This document shows positions 1 through 59,577 of a stretch of 64,000 bases of DNA, one piece after another. The translations under genes were made by a program, and so were the position numbers. Below the pieces are notes generated by a model that did no database searches, had not been told where the DNA came from, and worked only from the letters and a program-made list of their open reading frames with translations. Origin of the DNA: Podarcis liolepis (taxonomy: Eukaryota); assembly GCA_965112155.1 (NCBI GenBank), contig OZ218103.1, one strand, 5' to 3'. Each line of letters begins with the position of its first letter. Positions within the stretch are counted from its first letter, which is position 1.

Positions 1-949
1 AAAATTCTTCACAGGCAATACAAGTTTCAGTGCATGATTTATATTTGACTAATTCCATCTTTATTTTTGCATTTCTCTTCCATCCATTTTACTAGTCTTC
101 CAAGCACTGATTTCCCTTTACCCATGCATTGCACATAGCTATATCAACAAATATAACACTGGTCTTTACAACTTAGCATGAAAACAGCACTGTGTATAAT
201 CACTCAGGAACTGGAATTAAAAAAAAAAAAGTTCTTACAGTTGAAGGGAAAACTGTTACAGTATCTCTTTGTCCCCAAATAAAATTTCGACAGAATTTAA
301 ACAAACAAATTCTAACAATGTGTACTCACAGAAACACCATTCCCACGTAACAAAAAATAATTAATACATGGACAAACTTCTGTGACCCTTTCTAAGCTTC
401 TAGATTGTATTCTGCCCTCTATGCAGCCAGGAGAATTTCTGCTAAGTTTGCTTTTTGTTTTTAAAAAAATATGAGTTTAGCATCCTATGCTAACCAGGAA
501 TGCCAACATACAGCCATGCTTAGTTGTTGAACAGTGGTAGCTGGTTCACACATGCTGATAAAATAGGAAAGTGAAACTAAATGCCAGTGAAGTCTTTCTC
601 CTGGACATCAGGGAGGTTAAAGTGCATGAGTCTAACTTATGCATAGGCTTTTTCCAGTACATGCACTTTGTGCATTATGCACTTACAAGCATTACGTGTG
701 AAAGTGGCTTAAGTGGTAGTTTAGGACCAGACAGAATTAAAATGGAAACGTAAGGTGGAATTCAATGTCACATGCACTATTGCAAATGTTCTGTCTGAGC
801 AAGCTATTTAGCTTGTCAGACAGAATGACTCCCCTTATCTTCCCTATGTCCTGTTCTAGGGGTATTCCAGATCTCTGAGCCAATTTGGGTGGGCATGGGA
901 GGGAAGTCCTGTTGCACAAGCAGAAGTCTAATGAGACTTGTCAGGTGAA

Positions 950-1040
950 TCCCACCTAGAGTAGACCCATTAAAATTAATGGGGTTAACTTAGTTATGTT
1001 CATGAATTTCAGTGGGTCTACTCAGAGTAAAAGTTAGTTC
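950..1040. mobile_element. Short palindromic MITE-like repeat
   Basis: Imperfect inverted arms GAGTAGACCCAT...GTGGGTCTACTC. A related copy lies at about 2200-2285. Confidence 0.45.
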
Positions 1041-3717
1041 AATACCATTCATAAAAAGTTTTTTGTACACATTAAATTATAGCAGTGGGCATAAAGTACA
1101 ACAGAAGCTTGCTTTCAAATGGATTTATACCCTGCAAAAGGAATATGGATCAATCTTTCATGGCCTCTTATGTCTCTCTGCACCCAATGGAGATGGAGAA
1201 TCTTGGAATGATGTTCTGTGCTTTTCCAGTTCAATATGTTAGTGTTGAATTATGCTGTGTTGTATGTAGTAGCATTTTGAATATATTTCAGACATTTAAA
1301 GATAATTCTTTCTGTCATGTTCACTTATCTTAATTTCATTTTAACTATATTGGTTTGGATTGAGAATTAATGCTCCACTGGGTTCTTCTTGTGCTGGAGG
1401 AAGCAGGGTAGAGGGGGGCAGGGAGGTGATTTACACCAATGCCATCTTCCTACTGTAGCCCCCTGAAAATTTTCTCTGGAAGACAGGGAGACCCTCTGGA
1501 ACAATGTGGGAGGTGGTGAAGGAAAAAATGCCCTTCTTCCTCCAGTGCTCTTTATTCTAGTTTCCTTCAGCTGTCAGAGGAACAAATCTGGATCCAACCC
1601 ATTATCTTTTACAAAAATACTTTTCAAAATGGTTCAGAAGCACAAATTGTCATTACTTCTAAATTCTAGGGTCAAGTACCAAAGAGTTCTGTTCACACAC
1701 CGAGACTTTGTTGATTTCGCTGCTGAAGCTTTGGACTGTATTCTAGATAGTCTCCAATTTCTGGGGGAATGAGGGGCTGCAGTGGGAGAACAGGCTGCTC
1801 CACACAGTGCATGTATGGCCCTCAGGATCTCTGCCTTGGTCTCCCTTTTTTAAATAAGAGACATGCCATGTAGGATTAGCATGGTGATAAATTTACCTGA
1901 TTTGGGCAAAGGAAGGCTAGTTTAAACATTTGCAATAAGAACAATGACGACTACTACGAACCTGAAAAATAGGAGTGACAGATGACTAGGTTCATATCCA
2001 AATAACTGTTTATTTGGTGAACATATAACCTTTAGCTCTCAGAGAAATAAGGTATTTTTAGAAGTGAACTTGCAGGAAGATACTGGGAAGTAACATCTTG
2101 CATTGTTCAGAAATTTCTGATGCCAACTTAATTGATTATTGAATGCCAAGATGTGCAAATAAAATTCGCTTAACAAGAAATGCAATGTTATAAACTATAG
2201 AGCTATGTTTTACTTGGAGTAGGCCCACTGAAATTAATGAACATAACAGTAATTTCTAAGGTCTACTCTTGAGTAAAACTTAGTTACAAAGTGGAAAAGG
2301 AGTTCAAAGGCAGAATCATCTTTAGATTTATTTATTACAGGTAATTTTACAGCTGGGAAGACTTTTCTCTGTCCAATTTCTATAACTGAAAACCAGTTAT
2401 TCTTTGATATATATTGTCTCAAAACTGTAAAGAATCTGCTAGCTACTAGCAGTTTCACAAATACGGTTGTCTAAAGTTTCTGAATCTCTCCATGTTGAAT
2501 AAATATCCCACTGTTCCTTAAGGACCAAAGAACAACATTAATTTGTGTTCAGTGAATGGTTGTATTGGGCCACTGATCCATTTAGCAAAGCAGCAAAAGT
2601 AAGATTAAGAAATAAGTGGAATAGGCATTTCACACCCCACCCCAAATATTTATGAGCAAAAATATATTTTGTAAATAACTGACATGTTCTCTTCCATGAA
2701 GATGGAACATGTGCAGGGTTCTTTATATTTAAGGGACACTTACATTTATCACACAGATTTTCCCAAACATTAAAAGGGCTCTTGTTTTGTTGGTAGTTTT
2801 CCTACATGTGAGGATGTAGCTGCTTGTCAAGAGATGGGAGAGTTCATTTACTCCTAAGAGCCTATGGATGGACATAAATGTTTTCTCATGCTGCCATTCA
2901 CATGCTTGACTATATTATGAGCAGTAAGCTCTTTTCACCTGGGGCACAATCTAGCCAAGGTTAAGCACTTTTAAGTTCCTTTGATTTTTTTTTAATTGGG
3001 AGATAAGCTGGACTTTCCATTGGAATCTGTGAAACTAAATGTGTTTAATGTTGGCAGGATTGCACTCTCATTTCTTTTATAAATGCTGAGTATTTATAGC
3101 CATATTGGTTGTGTTTGAAGGTTGCTATGAGTGGGGTTGCTTCAGTTCCTGAAAGCTTTGTACTGTAGATAAATTTTATGTTGGTCCAATAAACAACTTT
3201 CCAATAATGTTATGGCCTTCCATTGATATACATAATAGTTTTAGGACCCAACAGCACATGTAGTTGAGAAGGGGCTTCTCTTAATATAGCACTTTCAATT
3301 CTGTCTAAGCAAATACTTATCTTTACATGTTGTATAAAATAGATTTGTGTAGTGTTTTGTGATTAAATTCAGTTTTGATTGGCAGCCAATATATTTTTCT
3401 GTGGTTTTAATATATCTAAGGTCTTTGCATATAGAGGATATGTACAATTGTCTGGAAGACTGTTTTTTCTTTTTCTTTTTGGCTTTGTGTGGCCTTAGTA
3501 TATTTATTGACATTTAGCAAGTGTTTTAAAGAGGTTTTTATAATAGTGTAAACTGATGGGAAAATTTTAAGCCTCTCTGTGAATAATCCTCTAACGCAGT
3601 GCATTTCTTTTAGTAGCTGACTGTACAAGCGTATCAAACTGTTAAAGTTATTTCTTTGTAAAACAAACAAATAGTACAATGGAATGCATAGATTTTCCCC
3701 CTGTAAAGTATTTTTTT

Positions 3718-3723
3718 AATAAA
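3718..3723 (+). terminator. Poly(A) signal AATAAA of the upstream gene
   Basis: Canonical hexamer closing a U-rich, UTR-like tract with upstream TGTA motifs. Confidence 0.5.
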
Positions 3724-4727
3724 CAGAAGTCTGATTTGTCCTTAATGAAAACTGCTGTTTGGCAGAAAGACTGTTAGAATATTGGGCAGGGGCAGGGATG
3801 GACTTTGATAATCTTTTGTAATATGGTGCCTTGTGTGAGCCCAAAATTTGGTGTCCCCAAGTGAATCTTCTGTTAACAGATCTGCTCAATTTTTCTCCCC
3901 TTGGCTCAGCGCCCTGTGCAGGGGAACCTAAAACTGGTGCTGACAGGGTGGAATAAACCATTATACTTTAGAACTTATTACTGGCTGCAAATTAGTCCTG
4001 AACTAGATTGTTCCACTGACAGTCATATTGGAAACAAGCAATATGGGAGGGTAGGGTAAATACAGCTGAATCCTTCTGTGCTGAGATGTAGGTACATTTG
4101 ACACATTCAAATTTTTTATATAAATCTGAAGAGCACAATGTTTGCTTTTCAATGTGGCTTTTGGGGGGGGGGAGGGGAAGGAATAGAATGGTCATCACAA
4201 CCTTGCAATCTTCCTATACTGTATACATTTGAAGCGCAAGAGATAATGCAGTAGTTAAAGTGTCTCTACCCTTTACGCTTCCCACTTACTACGGGGGAAA
4301 TCATGACCTGTGCTATCTACACCTGCCAGTGGAGGAATGGAACTGTCCACCTGCCTCAACACTGCTAAAGAGGTGAACTTCCCAGATTATCTGCGTGCAA
4401 CCCTTAAGCCGAAAGCAGTGCCAGGAACAGCATTGAGGAGCCTATATGGAACGTATAGAGCTACTGTAGGGATTGGTTTTTAAAAATCTCACGTAGTCTG
4501 ACCAACTGCATTGATCAGGCACTTATAACAGCTGTGCTTGCATGATCTTCAGAGTCCTATTTGCCAAAACGGAGAATTGTCAGAGGTGCATCACTGGGTT
4601 AGATACGAAGTAGTCATGTAAATGCTTACAGGATGGGCTGCTTAGGGCTGTGGAACTAAGAGCCATGTGCCTATGACGCGGATATTTTCCCCGGCCGCTA
4701 CATGCAAGCATCGTTTGCTTCTAAGTA

Positions 4728-4958
4728 CAACCTAGCAGTTCGAAAGCATGTCAAAGTGCAAGTAGATAAATAGGTACTGCTCTGGCGGGAAGGTAAACAG
4801 CGTTTCCTTGCGCTGCTCTGGTTCGCCAGAAGCGGCTTAGTCATGCTGGCCACATGACCCGGAAGCTGTACGCCGGCTCCCTTGGCCAGTAAAGCGAGAT
4901 GAGCGCCGCAACCCCAGAGTCGGCCACAACTGGACCTAATGGTCAGGGGTCCCTTTAC
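4728..4958 (+). mobile_element. Sauria SINE, 5'-truncated
   Basis: CAACCTAGCAGTTCGAAAGC...GGTCAGGGGTCCCTTTAC, closely similar to the 3' part of the full-length copy at 16392-16740. Confidence 0.85.
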
Positions 4959-5299
4959 AGTAAATACATTTTTTAAAAACCCATCAGAATGTCAACAGCT
5001 ACAACTTTTTTGCAATTACAGAGTGGTATTTAAGTTAACAGATCAACTTTTTTTTATGCAGACAACTGATGATGATTAACTTACTGCATCTGCCTGTATA
5101 ACTAATTTGTGCTGTGCACCAACAAGGAACCTGGCGGAGTCCAGATGTTGACTCCGCTTCCTTTATCTCGCTCCCTACCCCCCCCAACTGGCCAGTGCCC
5201 CACTGCCCCTCCTTTCCCCGCTGTCACGGGGCCATTCGCCCCTCTTGCATTTAACGCACAACTTTGCGCTTCACCCCCGCCCGCGTCTGCTGATCCTGG

Positions 5300-5495
5300 A
5301 TTCGGCGTTCGGCTGCCGCTGCCTTGCTGCCGACGTCCCTTTTGCCGAACGGCGAAGAGAAGATCAGCGGGGGCAGCAGCGCTCGGCTGGCGCTGCCTCG
5401 CCCTGAGCAAAGATGTCGGCTGCGGCCTTTCCCCCGATCGGGCCGGGAGCCTGGTCTCTCCCCTGGAGGCGCCGCTCCGCGTTTCCATGGTAACG
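5300..5495 (+). other. PHTF1: PHTF1 non-coding exon 1 (5' end approximate)
   Basis: Donor ACG|GTGAGA at 5495/5496 inside the CpG island pairs with the acceptor TTTTATTCAG| at 6304. The TSS cannot be determined from sequence. Confidence 0.6.
5481..5494. promoter_or_regulatory. RFX X-box
   Basis: GTTTCCATGGTAAC closely matches the palindromic RFX motif GTTGCCATGGCAAC. Confidence 0.7.
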
Positions 5496-5844
5496 GTGAG
5501 AAGCCACTGAGCGGCGGAGGGCAAGCGCTAGGCCTCGGCGGGGGGAGGACCGCGGGATTAGGGTGGAAACGGGCGGCTGCGGGCTCCTGGGGTAGGAGAG
5601 AGGCAGAGTGAGTGTGCTGCGGGGTGGGGTAAAGGGTGAGGCTCGGAGGGGCAGGGAAGGGATGCGGGGGGGATAGGGCTGGGCGTCGACGAGGTGAGGC
5701 GAAGGAGGGATGGAGAAGAGGAAAAAGGGAGCTCTGCAGCCGCGTGTGGAAAAAAGAGGTTTTAAACAGAGGAGTGGTTGGGTTGGCTGAAGATTGCGGC
5801 TCCCCGCGTGCAAAGGGGAAGAAAAGGCTGGGAAGGGCTGCGTC

Positions 5845-5924
5845 GCAACCTGATCGATTCTCAATATTGGCTCGGGAATGCGCAGCAACCTGATTAATTC
5901 TCAATATTGTCTCGGGAATGCGCA
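5845..5924. repeat. 40-bp tandem duplication in PHTF1 intron 1
   Basis: GCAACCTGATCGATTCTCAATATTGGCTCGGGAATGCGCA followed by GCAACCTGATTAATTCTCAATATTGTCTCGGGAATGCGCA (37/40 identical). Confidence 0.9.
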
Positions 5925-6335
5925 TCTCAAAACCCTCCCGAGAAGAGGTTTCTTTTGTTTGCACCGGAGCATCCCTGTGCCATCACGGCGGTGATTCCTA
6001 AGCCGAATCCATCCGTAAAAGTTTTTAAGTTTTCCGTTAAAAATACAAGCAGCAGCAACCCGGGAGGATTGTGATTTAAAACGGGTTGGAAAATTAAAAC
6101 AATCTGCTGTTCTTCTAAAAGCAACACCTGCATATCGTTTATGCAACAGAAAAGATTAGAGCCACCAGCCCAGCTGGACTGTTCTTGGCTGGCCTTGGAC
6201 CAAGTTGGCCAAGGGCACCGGCTTCTGATGCCACCCTCGGGTTGTCTCCTGGATGATGCTTAACATCCTAGGCTTGGATAATGAACTCTCTTTGTTTTAT
6301 TCAGGTAATTTGATTATTGATTTTGGAGATGCCAG

Positions 6336-28550
<22,215 letters not shown>

Positions 28551-30030
28551 GTTGAAGAAGAAAGAAGCTTGGGCCCTTGTCCAGTGCCACAAGAGTTATC
28601 AGCAGTCCTGCATGGGCTTGGAATGCCATTTGAAGGTGCTTCTCTCATTTTAGTAGTCTTCACATCTTATGTTTTTCATACATTCCATCAAGACCAGAAT
28701 AAATTAATTTTATTCTCAGTGAGGCCATGGCTTGAAGAAATGGTTAAATAAACCTTAGTAAACGGGCTTCTTAGAATAAAGTTATCTGACAAACCTGCAG
28801 CTCCCATGGAGTGCAGTAGTATGAAATCATACAACAGATATTTGTTGCATAAACAAAACCACAGCATCAAGCCAGTCATTTTCCGACCTGAAAAGGCTTG
28901 CTGTTAAGTCATCTGTAAGGGAAACAGAACTTAATGCATACTACGAACATGTTAAGGGACATGTTTTTAAAATGAGGTGGCTGAGCATGGTGCTATGTTC
29001 TAAGTTCAGAGAGGTGCTTGTTTTTGGCAGAATCACCTCCTTTTGGTAGCTTGCTCTTGACCTACTTTAAAGTGCCTCCAATAAAATTTTCTTGAATGGC
29101 ACTAGACTTAGCAGCAGAAGCTGCTGGAGGCCTTGCCTACTGATGTTGATTTATAAGAGAAGGAAATTATATACTCAACTTGTGGTGATGGATTTTTATC
29201 TCCAGGCATGCAGCGGTTGCTTAGGAACACACAAACAGCTCCAGAAGGTGGCTTACAGTAGGCCTGCCACACACACCAGGAGAGATGATAGTTTTTATAT
29301 GATTAGCATTCTTCAAATAACTCATTATGTGAACTCAGACTGATCTGAACAAGCAAAGCAATCTCTCCATGAGAGAATACAGCAATGTTTATATGCTTCC
29401 AGAGAGAGCAGATATTCTACAGTATTTAAGAGGCAATTAGAACCAAATTTCTGCTGGGATAGATTACAACACCCATTGCTGGCATTTAGCTGCACAGAAA
29501 GTGGGTTGGACCTGAAAATATTCCCACTGCAGGGAGCTATTGATTAAAGAACTTTACACACAATCCTTCCCAAGTAGGGTAAGTATTAGGGCTGTGGACT
29601 GCTTCACACAAGAAAATTTTCTATAGCTGTACTGATTTTCACATATGGTATATATATGGTTTACCATACATAAATATTTAGAACCTACATGGCAGCTTCT
29701 GAATGTACATGCAGCAAACCCATATTTCTATGTTTTTCTATTTGTGATACTATAATTTTATTCCCGAATCCATATACAAATATGTGAAGTAAATCTAAAA
29801 GGGCTTACCAAATTATCACTGAGTGGTTGGTTGCTGTCACTAGTATATATGGAATAGTTGAATATTTTTAAAATCAGCACTGCCTGTAGCATCTTAAGCA
29901 AGATATACTTTGTATATGATACTGTTTATACAAACAGCTTTGTATGAACTGTTTATTGTCATACAATATTCAAGTCCAACTAAATGTTAGTAATCTGGAT
30001 GAATAAAACAAGTAATGTAAACACTGAAGT
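28551..30030 (+). other. PHTF1: PHTF1 3' UTR with candidate poly(A) signals
   Basis: AATAAA at 28747, 28775, 29080 and 30002, and ATTAAA at 30155. The sites actually used are unknown. Confidence 0.55.
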
Positions 30031-30559
30031 TTTGCTATGTTCTTTTCTGACAACCACCACTGTATTTACAGGTAAAGGGGCCATTTGTGAGAGATGTGTT
30101 GGCTGCAGGTGGAAGGTTAATTTTACATTGTGCTACAGCTGTGAGAAAAGTAAAATTAAATCTTTGAGATGTTTCTACACAAGCAGAAGCATGAGCAATG
30201 CTATTGAGCCTATGTATTTTAGAATTTTTGAACTTGTACCTTCCTGCTGTTCATGATCTTTTACATCCAATCTAGAGTTATAATGTAGCAGGTGGGTAAC
30301 ACAGTCTGACTCTGCCCAATAGTTTTTTGTGGCCCTGCAATCCCTCCCAACCATTTCTCTTCCTCTACATAATTTGATTCTGCAATGCCAAACAGTTTTG
30401 TGATCTCCAAAATTTCCCCCTTTTGAAAAATGGTCATGCCCACGTTTACAGTGTTAGCTGGGGCCAATGCAGCCCTTGGCCTGAAAAAAGTTATATACCC
30501 TTGTTCTAATGCATAAAATACTGAAGAGGTGATATTTTCATAAAGTACAGTACTCCAGA

Positions 30560-33500
30560 AGCCATGAACTAGAGTCTCTTTTTAATGTATCTATATAAAA
30601 AATAATGAGCGATTTACAGGTCTCTTTCTAATCAGAACCTTAGAAGTATATATAAAGGTGCTGTACAATATATAAACATTTACATCCAGTACAACCATAG
30701 GTTTCTCAACATTCCAAGGCCACATTGCTAAAGTCATTTTATGCAGTTAAGTACAGATACAAAGTCTCTGGGTAGAAGGGCTCACATCAAACAGAGGACA
30801 ACAAATTAGGTCACGCCATTAAAGGTTAAATTGCATATGGATAATGATTACTTGCTGAATAATGGAGGGGGGAACCATTTTAGTTTTACTAAGTCATCTT
30901 GATATTTCTGCAGTTTTCATTCAACACTATTCTGTGACAGAGTATAAGAGAATCTTGAAGGGATGTTTCATGATGTTTGTCAAGGTATTTAAACTACATA
31001 GGCTAACTCAAGTATTAAATATTTTCACAGTAATTTTCTACAATATTTGCACATACGTCCTACAGCAACTTGAGTTCTTAAATGAGAGAACAAAAGACAC
31101 TTCAAAAAACAATTTTCTTTATATTAAGAGTTTAACCAGCTGTTAGTCTTTTAAAAAACAATTTCCTCAAGAGCTGGTTTGTCTTGGTAGCATCACACCA
31201 CAGAAATGCTTAGGAAAACCAAGTCCAAAGAATATAGGGCTTTTAAAAACCTCCTGTTCAAAACAGGAATTCATTTGAGCCACATTAAATTTTTAAAAAC
31301 TCAGGGAAATTAATAAGCAACACAGATATTGCTGGGATGGGAAAACACCATTTAAAAATAAAAAGCACAAACCCATGTGGAACTGTAAGATACTGTAAAT
31401 TTACAGCCAACATACATACACCTTGCACAATTTTTTAAAAAGGTGAACAGATGTTCTAACCTAACTTAAATGTGCATCATCACACCAGTATATGTTTCTG
31501 GGTGCCACATGAGTAAATCCATCATGAAAGTGCAGGACTATTGCACAACAGACAACCTTGCACCTTTCAATTTCCCATTCTGACCAGTGCCATCAGGCAT
31601 CCTATTGAGGCTCTGATTACAGGTACGTTTATGCTTTCAACTTTTCCTTCTCAAGCATTTTCACTGTCATTGCAATGGTCAGCTTGAGAGGTGGTGGTGA
31701 GGAAAGGGCTAATCAACAGCTTTCTAGAGACCTAGTGCTTTTAAATGGGCAATTGGATGTCACTTATGTCAGTTGCTTCTGATCAAGCTAGCAGGATAAG
31801 CACAGCAACCACACAGGGATAGTCATACAAAACCAGTAACAATAGCACCAAGCAAGTACACCTCTTGAAGTATTCCAGGCTTCAGTGAAATCATATCTCA
31901 CACAGACAGCATCTAAGGAATTTCATTCTTCAGCAATCAAAGTCCATTTCAAGAGTTCACAGGATTACCACTATCCTAGATATCTTCACCAATCTATTTC
32001 CCATCACACTCAAATCATTCAGACCCAGCAGGGCTAGGTGAAAAGGGTATGTCAGCAATCGAGTTGAATGCAAAGCAATAATCTTCTGAAAGTGACATCG
32101 CTAAAGCCCTCAGTGGCAAGCCTGTAGTTACTATGACACAATGCCAACTTCAGCTGTTCTCCAGAATAAGGCTGAGCAGTATCATGCAAAAGTGAAAATC
32201 GAACAGAAATGGTAGATAGATGGGCTCTATACAGATAAATATTTCCAAACAGCAATGGGAATGACTTTTCTCTTATTCCTACTGGCTCAGGGGAAGTGCC
32301 ACAGTAACAGTAGTTACTGCACATGCAAAGAACTACACATGCAAAGGAAGTAGAGAAGCTTGTCTCATTCAGTTCAACAAAGCAGTAAAACTGACTGCCA
32401 GACTGCCTAAAGTAGAGTGCAACTGATAAAAAGAAAGGGTTAATATGTCAGCAAAACAGGAATGCCACCATTAGATTTATTTTTTTTAAATGCTTGGACA
32501 TTACTGTGCAAGAAAAATAGTACTGTGCATTTTTTTCTTTAGTAGATAGGGATTTCACAAAATAGAGGGGAGAGGAAGGGAGAAGAATGTTAGCAGTAGT
32601 AGAGTTCTTAAAAGGCAATATTAACGACGTGTCCTTAATTTGCAGACATCCATTTGCCACAGTGCTGCTATGCTGGAAGGAACTTGTTTTGTCCCATCTC
32701 AAACACACTCCCACGCAAAAAGCAAAACAAGCTTAAAACACTAAAGAACTTGCAGAACTTATTAACCAGACATTGCATTAAGACATTCCCAAAACGAACA
32801 CACGAACACACACACACACACACACACACGCAATGAAAGTTCCATTACAAAACATTCTGCATGTTTGAGAAATCATCACTTATACACTGTAACTAACAGA
32901 ACATGTAAAAAAAGGACTGGAAGAGAAACTAATGGATGAAGGAAAGAAAATAAGTTTGAGAAGAAAGGGGAAAGAATAAAATACGAGTTGCCTGGGTGGA
33001 ACCAGAAAAAAGTCTTGTTAAAAAAATAAAACTAGAGAACAAGACTTGAAAGCTGGAAGAAAGAAGTGTAATACAATTAAACAGCCTACTGGAAGAGGAA
33101 GCTCCCTGACAAAATGTGGAAATCTTTAATTTGGGGTAACATAAGGGGCATGGATCAAACTCTTTGCTGAGAGGGATCAAACTCACAAAAGCTCATCCAG
33201 AGGCTGCCAAATCCATTGCTAGAATGATGTAAAATTCAAAGTCTCCATTCTTGCAGCTTGCCATCTCCTCAAATCCCATCACTATTAACTACACGTCTGA
33301 GGTGCAAATGTGCTCCACTGTTAACATTCCTCACTATCATATTTACACTCACACAGAAGTAAGAGAGGTACGTAAAAAAATGGAAAACAAAGTAAGGTCT
33401 TCTAGTAATAGTGATAAGCAAGGACAATTCTTGAGAATTTGACTTTGGTGGATTGGTTTACTCTGTTGTGTTTTAAGATCTTGAATTTTGAGCCAAGGCA

Positions 33501-34456
33501 GGAAATATTCAAGTGTTTAGACGGCATTAAGCAAAAAAACAAACAACAGATGGGAGATGCTGACAAACAGCATGGCAGTAAGCTTGAAAGCATATGCACA
33601 CTCTGCATGTTTAATAACTAATGTTAAAAGTGCTTGTTAAAAAATAATAATCAGGATATAATTTCGTGGCAATCCTGAAGCCACTTACTTCAATATAATC
33701 ATGCTGAAATTAAGAGAACTGTTGTGATTTTAAAACTACTCAGCTTTCGGATTTAAATTTGTATCACATATTTTAAAGTTGGAATGGACAACTCAAACAA
33801 GGTAGTGAAGAGAGCAAATGACAAAAAAAGCACATATAAAGGGGCACTGTCCTGTTTAAAGTTATTATGCTGGTATTGACAGGTTTGAGGAGGGTGGGAG
33901 AGAGCTTTGTGAAAAAAGGCATTGGGGGCATGTTTGCTCCCTGACTCCAGAGAGCCAAGAAAACCAAGCACATCTAACTTCTTGCTTGAGCAGCGAGAAC
34001 TCAGAAATATTCCCTATGTAAACATGCAGCATGCTTGAGTAAATACTCATTTTCAAACTTTTTTTTCCCTTTTCTGTGGCAGTGGAAAATGCAGAAGATT
34101 CAACAGGATACAGTAGATAACTTGGCACAAGAACAAGAGTAGTGAGTCATGATTACACTGATAATAGGCATTAAATAATTTTGTTCATTATCTCACAATA
34201 CTATCAGAAAGCCTTAGCAGTGCAACATCAGGAGCAGCAGGACACCACCTTCAAAGGGACCAAAGGACAGCAGCTTTTGAAGAGTTTCATATATGCAATC
34301 CGAAAGGTCCTTCATGCAGCCTAATTTAACTTCCAATCAAATGTACTTTCTGTTCATCACAGTGTCTGAAAAAATGACAGTTTTGTGAAAAGAAAAACTG
34401 TTTTAAGTGGCCACATTAGAAACCTGATTAAAATATGTTCTAAAAAAGTTTGTCAG
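30560..34456 (-). other. MAGI3: MAGI3 3' UTR (3' end approximate)
   Basis: Repeat-poor non-coding stretch after the stop at 34457. Minus-strand ATTAAA at 30581-30586; an alternative AATAAA lies at 29952-29957. Confidence 0.6.
32806..32829. repeat. (CA)n microsatellite in the MAGI3 3' UTR
   Basis: Seen directly. Confidence 0.9.

Positions 34457-59577
<25,121 letters not shown>

Larger units (their letters stand above)
1..3745 (+). other. Probable 3' UTR / 3' end of the upstream gene (likely RSBN1 by synteny)
   Basis: AT/U-rich non-coding sequence ending in AATAAA at 3718-3723, about 1.4 kb before the PHTF1 CpG island. In mammals RSBN1 lies directly upstream of PHTF1 on the same strand. No coding exon is visible, so the gene identity is inferred. 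Confidence 0.45.
5140..5960. promoter_or_regulatory. PHTF1: CpG island / PHTF1 promoter
   Basis: The main GC- and CpG-rich region of the window, directly upstream of the first coding exon. Confidence 0.85.

Noticed and set aside
5102-5964. Overlapping 85-237 aa ORFs on both strands
   Set aside because: They are Pro/Arg/Ala/Gly-rich products of stop-poor CpG-island sequence with no recognisable domain.
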